Source: an uncultured SAR116 cluster alpha proteobacterium
GTDB taxonomy: Bacteria > Pseudomonadota > Alphaproteobacteria > Puniceispirillales > Puniceispirillaceae
Direction: 5' to 3'
NCBI GenBank assembly: GCA_902596655.1
Contig: CACJUX010000003.1
Coordinates: forward strand, 11,649 to 75,648
Length of the DNA stretch: 64,000 bases
This document shows, piece after piece, positions 46,434 to 54,722 of this stretch. Every line of letters begins with the position of its first letter. Position 1 is the first letter of the stretch. Made by a program: the position numbers and the translations under genes. The notes below the pieces were generated by a model. It did no database searches, was not told the origin of the DNA, and worked only from the letters and a program-made list of their open reading frames with translations.

Positions 46434-46774
46434 GGACCCTGGTCCGCACTAGGTTCTACCTTGCCGCAGGTATCCTGTTGCTGTCAGCCTGCGACGAGTT
46501 TAACCGTTTCAAACAGGAAAAATATGAATGTGCATGGAATCCTGCAGGGATTCTGGAGATTGAATTGCGCTCAACTAAGGTTGATGCCGATGCGAATATT
46601 GTGACAGTTGAAGGAAATCAGATTGGCAAACTTGTTTTCAGCGATGACCGAGAGCTGATAATTGAAGCGCCGGAGCTTATTATCCGAATTGACCGGGATA
46701 AGTCACTCATCAAGGCCACAAGAGTTACCCGATATTACGAAATGCGGTGCAGGAAGACTGAGTTTAAAATGTAA
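46430..46774 (+). CDS. Hypothetical small lipoprotein
   Basis: 114 aa with signal peptide and lipobox (AAGILLLSAC). It is translationally coupled to the acidic protein gene. Confidence 0.55.
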   Translation: MRTLVRTRFYLAAGILLLSACDEFNRFKQEKYECAWNPAGILEIELRSTKVDADANIVTVEGNQIGKLVFSDDRELIIEAPELIIRIDRDKSLIKATRVTRYYEMRCRKTEFKM

Positions 46775-46790
46775 TTGGGAGCGCTAGACG

Positions 46791-47210
46791 CTAGGATTTG
46801 CGTTTCTTGCCATGAAACGTAACAAGTGCCTCCGCCTCTTCGATGGGCAACCCCGTCTTTTCGGCGATTTCTGCCTTTGAGGCGCCACTGCGTGCCATTT
46901 CGATAGCGCGGCTGGTTCCAACCTCACCCCTGACCTCATCACTCAAATGCCCCATTTCACGGCGCATTGTTTCAATGCTAACTGTGTTCTCAGCGGTTGC
47001 AATGCGCACCTGATCTGCCATATCAGCCACGCGGAACAAAACGCCAGAGTTATGGTCGGCCTGTTTTTCAAGATTATTGAGATAGTTCTCGAGCGCCTCG
47101 ATCTGCTTTAGCAATGCGCTGTATTTTAAAAGTAGCGCAACAAAGGATGCGCCAACACCTATTAGGGTCAGGATAAGAATGATACCAGTGGGGCTAGCTA
47201 ATTCAGACAT
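46791..47210 (-). CDS. Membrane-anchored coiled-coil protein with a C-terminal HTH-like segment (DUF2802-like, a family often found in flagellar loci)
   Basis: N-terminal TM helix (IILILTLIGVGASFVALLL), a coiled coil, and a C-terminus AIEMARSGASKAEIAEKTGLPIEEAEALVTFHG. Family assignment is from memory only. Confidence 0.5.
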   Translation of the reverse strand: MSELASPTGIILILTLIGVGASFVALLLKYSALLKQIEALENYLNNLEKQADHNSGVLFRVADMADQVRIATAENTVSIETMRREMGHLSDEVRGEVGTSRAIEMARSGASKAEIAEKTGLPIEEAEALVTFHGKKRKS

Positions 47211-47311
47211 CTCAGGTTGCTACCATAACAATAACCTACGAAAGACTAACACATTGTAGATGCCGCTAATAGCGTTGGTGTCATCAAACACCGTTGGCTT
47301 TTCCTCATCCT

Positions 47312-47620
47312 TCAGGATGTTGTCTCCATCGCACGCCGCATGTACGCCTCAAAATCCTCAGACCAGGAAAGGCGCGCCCGGGTTTTGGTTTCAAGTGTAT
47401 TTATCGATTCGAGGAGATTTATGAGACGCTGCTGATCATCGGTTGACAGACCATCGTCGTGCAAACTTAACTCTACCACTGGCCAATCCTCGGCCAGGAG
47501 CTTCTCGATTGCCTTGGTGGCGGCCAGAAAGGCCGGCCCATCTCCGACAAGCAGTTTTGCACCCTCAATCTGATCATTGAGAGCGTCCAAAAAACCTTTA
47601 AGGTTTTTTTCACCATTCAC
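47312..47620 (-). CDS. Small helical acidic protein downstream of flgM (FlgN position; assignment uncertain)
   Basis: 102-aa ORF directly after flgM. I recognised no FlgN signature motif. Call is by position only. Confidence 0.3.
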   Translation of the reverse strand: MNGEKNLKGFLDALNDQIEGAKLLVGDGPAFLAATKAIEKLLAEDWPVVELSLHDDGLSTDDQQRLINLLESINTLETKTRARLSWSEDFEAYMRRAMETTS

Positions 47621-47640
47621 TTTTCAAACAGTCTCTCGTC

Positions 47641-47940
47641 TCAGGTTTTCAAATCTCTGTATGCATCCATCAGGGCATCAGAAATCAAATCCACATCGAC
47701 CGGATATTTGCCCTGTGCAATCGCATTCTTGATCCGGCTGACAGCTTCACTATCAATTGGTGGATTGGCCGAAAGCTGGGAAACGAGTTGCGGCGATGCT
47801 GCCTCACTGACCTTGACGGTGTCACGGCCCGCGGGCGCTACTTTTGCAGATTCAGGTGTGCTGGAGCCGCCCTTGCTATCAAGATCACGGCCTTTCTGCA
47901 CTTCAACCCGATTGACTATATTGTTAATGGAATTAACCAT
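47641..47940 (-). CDS. flgM: Anti-sigma-28 factor FlgM
   Basis: 99 aa with a disordered N-terminal half and a C-terminus IDSEAVSRIKNAIAQGKYPVDVDLISDALMDAY typical of FlgM. A strong GAGGAGG SD is present. Confidence 0.8.
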   Translation of the reverse strand: MVNSINNIVNRVEVQKGRDLDSKGGSSTPESAKVAPAGRDTVKVSEAASPQLVSQLSANPPIDSEAVSRIKNAIAQGKYPVDVDLISDALMDAYRDLKT

Positions 47941-47962
47941 CGGTTTAGCCTCCTCAGATTAA

Positions 47963-47989
47963 CTAACGACACACTATGGTGATATTTTA
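47963..47989 (-). promoter_or_regulatory. Weak sigma-28-like promoter candidate upstream of flgM (inside the flgA 3' end)
   Basis: The minus strand reads TAAA-N15-GTCGTTAG. It shares the CATAGT..GTCGTTA box with the flagellin upstream region. The predicted leader would be very short. Confidence 0.3.
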
Positions 47990-48861
47990 GCGTTGGTAGA
48001 GATTATTTTTTTATTTTTTATCTGACCTACAATGACAATCCCGCTCTTAACATTTTGGACTTTGATCCATTCACCAAATTGGCCATTTTCAAGTGCTATT
48101 CCTAACATATCCACGCTGATACCGCCAGCCTGATTCTGGATCACCACCTCATCATCCTCTTCAACCAACCATTTTGGCTTCAGATGTCGTGCTTGAATTG
48201 GCTTTCTGGCTGTCACGCTGGTTTTCAGCTTCCTGCCAATGATATCCACAGGGTCAAAAAAGACGCCGCTTGCAGCATTTACCGGCACCACAATTGTGAT
48301 GATATCACGCGGCATGATCACGTCATCGCGTGACATGCTGCGTCCAAGTGCAAGAATATTCATCATCTCAACCTGACCCCGGCGTTTTGCAGCTTTTGCC
48401 GGTGCATTTGCAATCGTTTTTGCCCTCACTGTATACCCTATGGTCCCGGCGCTACCATCTGTCAATTTCTTTGGCATGGCTTTTGCTTTTTGCGCTGTCT
48501 TCAGATTGGTCCGCACCATCACTGCCCAACCGCCTTCATCACCACAAGACACTCTGACAGTTTTCCAAGAACCAAACATCTGCTCAACACTTAAGCCTGT
48601 CTGACAGCCCAGAAATTTGCGTGATTTGCTCAACCGTGGCGATACCGGCAGCCCCTTTGCCGACATGGTCTCAACAATCAGCTTGTTGATATCAGCGCCA
48701 AGAATTGGTGTCTGTGATGACGCTGACGTCTGTTCAATGCCAGCAAGGACAAAGAGAAAGACAATCAGTCCGAGCCTTTGCTTAGCCACCAATAAAGTAG
48801 ATCTGATCACTGCGACCACCTCCCGATGACGAGCCTTTCCCGGATGATTTCCCCAATACAA
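47974..48861 (-). CDS. flgA: P-ring assembly chaperone FlgA
   Basis: The C-terminal FlgA/SAF-type region reads VVIQNQAGGISVDMLGIALENGQFGEWIKVQNVKSGIVIVGQI. A signal-like segment LGLIVFLFVLAGIEQTSA is present. The start is uncertain (ATG 48861 overlaps the upstream ORF by 80 nt; GTG 48789 is the alternative). Confidence 0.8.
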   Translation of the reverse strand: MYWGNHPGKARHREVVAVIRSTLLVAKQRLGLIVFLFVLAGIEQTSASSQTPILGADINKLIVETMSAKGLPVSPRLSKSRKFLGCQTGLSVEQMFGSWKTVRVSCGDEGGWAVMVRTNLKTAQKAKAMPKKLTDGSAGTIGYTVRAKTIANAPAKAAKRRGQVEMMNILALGRSMSRDDVIMPRDIITIVVPVNAASGVFFDPVDIIGRKLKTSVTARKPIQARHLKPKWLVEEDDEVVIQNQAGGISVDMLGIALENGQFGEWIKVQNVKSGIVIVGQIKNKKIISTNAKISP

Positions 48862-49228
48862 GATCGCGGATTTCGTTCAAGGAAGGCAGGTGCAGAACTT
48901 TGTCAGCAAAAAGAAAATTAGCATTTCCCCGTACAAAGGCATGCTTGTTCACCTTGACAATAGCCATCTTGACAACAGACAGATCGAGCCCACTGTCACC
49001 ATAGTAATTAGTGATGATATGGCTCAATGTCTCAGCCTCGGCAACCTTGTGCTTTACCGAATGATTGGCATTCTCGATGAACGGGTGGTCACTGTTGACG
49101 CCATCTACCGTCTCACCAGCAAATGTCGGATATTCCAGAACAACGATGGGCGCCGATTGCGCGACTGCCGCCTGTGCTAAAAACAGGCCGACGCCTGCAG
49201 CCGCAAGGATATAGAGGGCTTGTTTCAT
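48782..49228 (-). CDS. Secreted LysM/FimV-N-terminal-like peptidoglycan-binding protein
   Basis: Signal peptide (ILAAAGVGLFLAQAAVAQ). A LysM-like segment HKVAEAETLSHIITNYY...MAIVKVNKHAFVRGNANFLFADKVLHLPS. A Gly/Ser-rich tail. Its start overlaps the upstream stop (TAATG). Confidence 0.55.
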   Translation of the reverse strand: MKQALYILAAAGVGLFLAQAAVAQSAPIVVLEYPTFAGETVDGVNSDHPFIENANHSVKHKVAEAETLSHIITNYYGDSGLDLSVVKMAIVKVNKHAFVRGNANFLFADKVLHLPSLNEIRDLVLGKSSGKGSSSGGGRSDQIYFIGG

Positions 49229-50406
49229 TACTTCAGCTCCATAAATTCTATCACCTGCCCGGCCAGACCCGCAGCTTCGCGTTGGCTATTTAACGGGGTC
49301 AAAGTTGAGGTCATTGGGCCAGCAGCACTCACCCGCAGAATTTGCCAAGGTGTATCGGTACCACTGGCAACGGCTAATGAGTTTACCCCTACACCATGAT
49401 GTGTGCCAAGGGGTGTAGTCAATTTACCATCCGCAAAATTGAGCGTAGATTTCAGCGGGCGGCAGAGCAATTTTGCAGCGAAATCAGAAATATAATCAGA
49501 GAGCGGTTCGCGCATGTCAGACAGAATGGCATGCCGTTTTGGCCGGCTAATGACGTCGAGTGATCGGATAAGACTATTCTGCTCAATATCAATAATTTTA
49601 GTCAGTTGATGTTCCAGCAACTGCTCATAACCCTCGCCAGCAAGCAGGCGTAACGTGAGCTGCATGGTCATCCGATAGTTCGAAACGCCAAAACCCCGTG
49701 ATACCTCGCCAAAAAGATTGATCTGTGGAAGGATGGCATAATTCCCCTGGCTAACCCGAACCCGGCCTGAGGTAAGGGCGGTATAGTCAAAAGCGTCATT
49801 GCTGCGTGCGAGTGCGGCAGGATCCAGCCTTGTGCCCGTAGCTGATTGCACCTTCAGCGATGGCTGATCATCAAGTAGTATGACAACGTCGCGGATCGCG
49901 ATATCGGCAAATTGACGAGCCCATGCTGGCGCTGTTGCAGCGACCCTGATTGTGGGCGCATAAATTGTGACATTGCTGTGGCTACGAGCATTGCATTGCG
50001 CGTTGGGCAAATCGCCAACCGCAGCTTCGACAGTCACCGCGTAATGCTCTTCCTCGACAACCTCATTGACAATTCGATAGTCGAGGATGCGGCTGGCTGG
50101 CCGCACAACGAAATGATCATCAATTGCTGTGTCGGTGGTTATAATGGAAAACCCGTTGATTTCTGCACCACCCCGAAGCGCCGCCGTATACAGCGCGTCT
50201 TCCAGCGCCATTATTCGAGCTTCTTGTTCCGCGTCCTGATGCATGATTACAGCCCGCCCAGTCGTCTGAACGAATTCAAACCCACTAGCGGACGCCTGTA
50301 TTCCACCAAGCAGAAAGAACGTTAGTCCAAGAACAGCGCGCAGGGCCCGCGAGGCCAGAATGGATCGGGCGCTGATTTTCAAGTGATTGAGGGCAAGCTT
50401 TGCCAT
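49228..50406 (-). CDS. FlgT-like periplasmic protein (candidate H-ring component)
   Basis: 392 aa with a signal-like N-terminus. The segment VQTTGRAVIMHQDAEQEARIMALEDALYTAALRGGAEI resembles the FlgT/LPP20-type N-domain. Its size and its neighbourhood with flgP and flgA match Vibrio and R. sphaeroides FlgT. Confidence 0.5.
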   Translation of the reverse strand: MAKLALNHLKISARSILASRALRAVLGLTFFLLGGIQASASGFEFVQTTGRAVIMHQDAEQEARIMALEDALYTAALRGGAEINGFSIITTDTAIDDHFVVRPASRILDYRIVNEVVEEEHYAVTVEAAVGDLPNAQCNARSHSNVTIYAPTIRVAATAPAWARQFADIAIRDVVILLDDQPSLKVQSATGTRLDPAALARSNDAFDYTALTSGRVRVSQGNYAILPQINLFGEVSRGFGVSNYRMTMQLTLRLLAGEGYEQLLEHQLTKIIDIEQNSLIRSLDVISRPKRHAILSDMREPLSDYISDFAAKLLCRPLKSTLNFADGKLTTPLGTHHGVGVNSLAVASGTDTPWQILRVSAAGPMTSTLTPLNSQREAAGLAGQVIEFMELK

Positions 50407-50417
50407 AATCTTTCCGT

Positions 50418-50999
50418 CTAACCAACCTGGGTGCGAGCTGTGCTCATTAAATGGCTAATCATTTCACGATCAATTTCCAGGACGATTTCATAAGTGTCGG
50501 ATCCAGTCGGGTTAATGCGAACAGTACGCGCTCCACGGATGGTGCCGGAAACAACACCGCGGAACGTATCATTCTGTACCATCAGGTCAATTACGGTTGT
50601 CGAACTATCTACCTTCAGGCCATGAATTTGCTCAGCAAGATCCCGCATCGCTGCCATACGAGCAGACCGGATCGCCATCAGCCGCTTCTGCGAGTCTGTT
50701 TTACCAGGCTGCGATGACACAACGGCATAACCCACAGCGGTCAATGTTGGCACTTCTTCTGCTGTAGCATCAAAAACTTCCTTTATCGAAGCAAGTGATT
50801 GGGCTTGTGTACTGTCCATCGTCGGCGCTTGGTCCATTACCGGCGCTTGTGGTGTGACTGTTGCCATACCAAAATGGCTAGGTGTGTGGCAACCAGCAAG
50901 AGCAAGCATGGCACAGGCAGCAAAAGTAAGCTTTGCCGGGCTTTTTTGGGCGGCTGAGATGCGCTTTGCATCTGCAGCAGTCGCAGAGGTGAATGTCAT
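50418..50999 (-). CDS. flgP: FlgP (LPP20-family outer-membrane lipoprotein, basal-disk/H-ring associated)
   Basis: ATG 50999 has an AAGGA SD. Lipobox MLALAGC. LPP20/FlgP core: LTAVGYAVVS...QKRLMAIRSARMAAMRDLAEQIHGLKVDS...GTIRGARTV...YEIVLEI. Confidence 0.7.
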   Translation of the reverse strand: MTFTSATAADAKRISAAQKSPAKLTFAACAMLALAGCHTPSHFGMATVTPQAPVMDQAPTMDSTQAQSLASIKEVFDATAEEVPTLTAVGYAVVSSQPGKTDSQKRLMAIRSARMAAMRDLAEQIHGLKVDSSTTVIDLMVQNDTFRGVVSGTIRGARTVRINPTGSDTYEIVLEIDREMISHLMSTARTQVG

Positions 51000-51052
51000 G
51001 GCGCGTCCTTTTTCTAACAAATCATGAGGCGGTTTAACTTCTGACAGACCAA

Positions 51053-51068
51053 TGCATTAATCATGCCA
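51053..51068 (-). promoter_or_regulatory. Sigma-54 promoter match upstream of flgP
   Basis: The minus strand reads TGGCAT-GATTA-ATGCA with canonical GG-N10-GC spacing, ~55 nt upstream of ATG 50999. Confidence 0.5.
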
Positions 51069-51130
51069 AGCCCCGGTCATTCGGAAAAATCTAATGGGAA
51101 AGACAGGCTAACTACTCAGAAATCGATGAT

Positions 51131-51146
51131 TGGCACGCATCTTGCC
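51131..51146 (+). promoter_or_regulatory. Sigma-54 promoter match upstream of flhA
   Basis: TGGCAC-GCATC-TTGCC with canonical spacing, ~190 nt upstream of the flhA ATG. It is divergent from the flgP promoter. Confidence 0.6.
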
Positions 51147-51337
51147 TTGTCTACTCATGTGCGCCGTGTCCGTAAGTTCCCACTGCGCAAATTTTTTTAG
51201 TGTAGCAAGTTGTGTGCAAATTCGATGGAATCGGAATTAAAAATGAAATTTCAGATGGTTAATAAATTTCAACCCCCTAGAATTCCGGCAGCATTTACCT
51301 GCTGGAATTTTGACGCCATTAGTACAGGAGTCCTGTC

Positions 51338-53440
51338 ATGGAAATGACACTCGCCCGTCTAGGATTGAACAATCCAAAAGCCATACTTACCAGTTCGGTA
51401 ATGCCGCTTGGCATTTTGGCGCTGGTCGCAATGATGGTGCTGCCGCTTCCAGTGTTCCTGCTTGATACGTTTTTTATCTCGAATATTTTGGTATCACTGC
51501 TGATCTTGATGGTTGCTATGCATACTGACAGGCCGCTTGATTTCTCCAGCTTTCCCAGCCTGCTGTTGATTGCAACAATTTTGCGGCTCGGCCTGAACGT
51601 TGCCTCAACAAGAATTGTCTTGAGCGAGGGTCATACCGGCCCCGATGCTGCTGGCCAGGTGATTGAAGCATTCGGTGAATTTGTCATTTCCGGTAACTAT
51701 GCTGTCGGTATTTTTGTCTTTATCATCCTGATCATTATCAATCTGATTGTGATTACCAAAGGTGCTGGCCGCGTCTCTGAGGTATCGGCCCGCTTTACTT
51801 TGGATGCTATGCCTGGAAAGCAGATGGCCATTGATGCCGATCTGAACGCCGGTGTTCTTACTAATGAAGAAGCCAAGAGCAGGCGCGAAGAAATTTCACA
51901 GGAAGCAGATTTTTATGGCGCTATGGATGGTGCCTCTAAATTCGTCAAGGGTGACGCTATTGCCTCAATCCTGATCCTGATTATCAATATTGTCGGCGGC
52001 TTGACCATTGGCCTGACTCAGCATGACCTTCCCGTCGGCCTTGCCGCCGAAACCTATGTGCTACTTTCAATTGGTGATGGTCTCGTTGCCCAGATCCCGT
52101 CGTTACTGTTGGCGATCTCAACTGCCATCATAGTAACTCGTGTTTCCGCTACGCATAATATGGCAGAAAATATAGGCAAGCAGGTCAGCCTGTCCCGCGC
52201 CTGGATCCCCGTTGCTGGCGTTCTCACACTGATCGGATTCGTTCCGGGCATGCCAAATTTGCTGTTTCTGATTGCCGCCGCAATTGCTGCGGGGATCGGC
52301 TATTGGTCGCACATACGCGAAAAACTCTCCCATGGTGCTGAGAACGAGATGCAAACAGCCGAGATTGAGGAGGAAAAATCCCCCGACATGATCGAACTGG
52401 ATGATATTGCCGACAACTCGCCAATTTCAATCCAGCTTGGCTACGGCCTTGTTGAAATGGTTGAGGAGGAAACCGGCGGACCGTTGACAAACCGAATCAC
52501 CGGGATTCGCCGGCAAGTTTCAAAGGCACTTGGCTTTGTCGTGCCACCGATTCGGATTCGCGATGACATGACCCTTGATGCCAACACCTATCGCATACGT
52601 GTTGGCCAGACAATCGTTGGTGAGGACAGGATCTATCCTGACCGAAAACTCGCTATACCGGGTGATAACACGACCATCAAGATTGAAGGCATCGAGGTCA
52701 AGGACCCCTCCTTCGGTATGGATGCCATATGGATTGGTGCCCATCAGCAGGCCGAGGCTGAGGCCAAGGGCTATGTGGTGGTGCTGCCGGAGTCGGTCAT
52801 GGCCACTCATCTCTCACAGATGCTGCATAAATATGCCAGTCAGCTGATTGGTCAGGATGATGTTCAAGGACTACTAGACAATCTGGCGCAAGCCGCGCCA
52901 AATCTGGTTGAGTCAGTTGTGCCAAAGCTGGTGCCATTGCACACACTTACCGGTATTTTGCGCCTACTGCTTGAGGAGCGCATTCCGATCAGCGATTTGC
53001 GCCGCATCCTCGAGACACTGCCTGGCCTTGCGTCTCGAAATCTTGGAATGGCCGAGACCGCTGAAGCTCTGCGGCCGGCGCTTGCTGGTCTACTGATCCA
53101 GCAGGTGGCCCCGCTCAATCAAGCACTACCGGTAATGACACTTGAGTCTGATCTGGAACATATGCTGATCTCTATGGCACGCCAGAGCGGCGAGGAAGGC
53201 CTTGTCATCGACAATTCGCTGGCCGAACAGCTGCTACGCAAAATCGTGCAGACAAATGAGGAGCTGAGTGCCGATGGAAAACAGTCGGTCATGGTCGTAT
53301 CACCTGCAATCCGGCGCGTATTTTCGCATTTCATCAGACAGCATGTCGACGATCAAATCGTGCTGGCATTCACCGAATTACCAGAAACCAGAAAGATTGA
53401 AGTTGTTGCAACAATCAGCAATGCGGAACAGCCAGCCTGA
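51338..53440 (+). CDS. flhA: Flagellar type III export gate protein FlhA
   Basis: 700 aa with an N-terminal polytopic domain including FVKGDAIASILI and a large C-terminal cytoplasmic domain. Unmistakable FlhA/InvA family. Confidence 0.97.
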   Translation: MEMTLARLGLNNPKAILTSSVMPLGILALVAMMVLPLPVFLLDTFFISNILVSLLILMVAMHTDRPLDFSSFPSLLLIATILRLGLNVASTRIVLSEGHTGPDAAGQVIEAFGEFVISGNYAVGIFVFIILIIINLIVITKGAGRVSEVSARFTLDAMPGKQMAIDADLNAGVLTNEEAKSRREEISQEADFYGAMDGASKFVKGDAIASILILIINIVGGLTIGLTQHDLPVGLAAETYVLLSIGDGLVAQIPSLLLAISTAIIVTRVSATHNMAENIGKQVSLSRAWIPVAGVLTLIGFVPGMPNLLFLIAAAIAAGIGYWSHIREKLSHGAENEMQTAEIEEEKSPDMIELDDIADNSPISIQLGYGLVEMVEEETGGPLTNRITGIRRQVSKALGFVVPPIRIRDDMTLDANTYRIRVGQTIVGEDRIYPDRKLAIPGDNTTIKIEGIEVKDPSFGMDAIWIGAHQQAEAEAKGYVVVLPESVMATHLSQMLHKYASQLIGQDDVQGLLDNLAQAAPNLVESVVPKLVPLHTLTGILRLLLEERIPISDLRRILETLPGLASRNLGMAETAEALRPALAGLLIQQVAPLNQALPVMTLESDLEHMLISMARQSGEEGLVIDNSLAEQLLRKIVQTNEELSADGKQSVMVVSPAIRRVFSHFIRQHVDDQIVLAFTELPETRKIEVVATISNAEQPA

Positions 53441-53489
53441 ACCGGGTCGCGGATTACCTGAGAAATTTTTATAGGGAAGGACAGATAGT

Positions 53490-54707
53490 ATGACCACCAT
53501 CAGAGTTTCAGCGTTAGACACAGCGCAAGCCATGGACGAGATAGCGGCAAAACTTGGTGCTGACGCGATGATCATCGACACATTCAAACGCGATGGGAAG
53601 ATCGAGATGATCGCGACTGACAATGCCGAGGAGCATTTCAAATCAGAGTCGCAAATGACATCGGGCTATGGTTCGGCAAAGGTGCTGCCCTATGAAGCAC
53701 GGAAACAGGACATTCATCCGAGCGCCGCTGAGGTAATGGCCGAGATGCAGCATGCGGACGAGGAACACTTGCCGAGTTTCAACGAGATTTTTGATCAGAA
53801 AATGGTTAACACCGCAACATTTTCCGAGGACGGAAGGACAACAACTGCTAGATCCAGCTACCCTGGCACTTCAGCTGAAAAGGAGGCGCTTAAGCGTGCG
53901 CTTGAGGACATCAAGGCGATGTTGAACGGTATGATGATCACCCAGCCAAGCGGCTTGAAGGAACAGTTCGGCCACACGGCGGCTGTGAAGTTGCGGCAAT
54001 CCGGTTTTAGCGAGAAAATTATTGCCGAATTGCAGATGCAATTCGACGGTGTGGACAATGAAACGGCTAGGGACGCATTCATAAATGCGATTGCGCAGAA
54101 ACTGGTTCGGACCGATACCACCGACCTGCTTGAACGGCGGCTGATCTGTGTAGTTGGCAGCTCTGGATCTGGCAAAACCACACTCGCCAGCAAGATTGCC
54201 GCCTATTGCAAGGAACATGCGATCATAGACCGCATCATGCTTGGTGCCGCCACCGGCAGGGGAGTTAATGCCAGTGACGAGATCAAGGATTTCGCCCGGC
54301 TGATGAATATGAAATCGATCAATTTCAGCGTTGATGAGTTGGCCGTGCGCATGCGAGAGACCAGCAACCGGATGATTGTCGACATTTCAGCAGCACCAGA
54401 ACAGGCTGTCGACGCCATCACCGCCTGCTGCCGGGATCTTGGCGCGAAAAAGGTTGCCGTTGTTCAGGCCTTGCCAGGGGGAAGCAGCGCAACCATGATT
54501 TCCCATCAATGTGCGCATTATTTTAGCCTCAATCCAATGATTGCGCTGACCAAGCTAGATGAATGCGAAGCCATGCCAGCCGAGTTGTCAGCATTGGCAA
54601 TGGATGGTTCAGGCATTGGTCTCTTAACAGGCACCAAATCGATTGTTGGTGGAATTGCAATTGCGACAAGTCAAATCTTGACGCAGTATCTTAGAGAAAA
54701 CGCATAA
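53490..54707 (+). CDS. flhF: SRP-type GTPase FlhF (flagellar placement), with atypical G2/G3 motifs
   Basis: Positioned between flhA and flhG. G1 (VVGSSGSGKTT) and G4 (LTKLDE) are present, but the expected DTxR and DTAG positions read AATGR and VDISA. Confidence 0.85.
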   Translation: MTTIRVSALDTAQAMDEIAAKLGADAMIIDTFKRDGKIEMIATDNAEEHFKSESQMTSGYGSAKVLPYEARKQDIHPSAAEVMAEMQHADEEHLPSFNEIFDQKMVNTATFSEDGRTTTARSSYPGTSAEKEALKRALEDIKAMLNGMMITQPSGLKEQFGHTAAVKLRQSGFSEKIIAELQMQFDGVDNETARDAFINAIAQKLVRTDTTDLLERRLICVVGSSGSGKTTLASKIAAYCKEHAIIDRIMLGAATGRGVNASDEIKDFARLMNMKSINFSVDELAVRMRETSNRMIVDISAAPEQAVDAITACCRDLGAKKVAVVQALPGGSSATMISHQCAHYFSLNPMIALTKLDECEAMPAELSALAMDGSGIGLLTGTKSIVGGIAIATSQILTQYLRENA

Positions 54708-54722
54708 CGCAGAATGTGAGAC

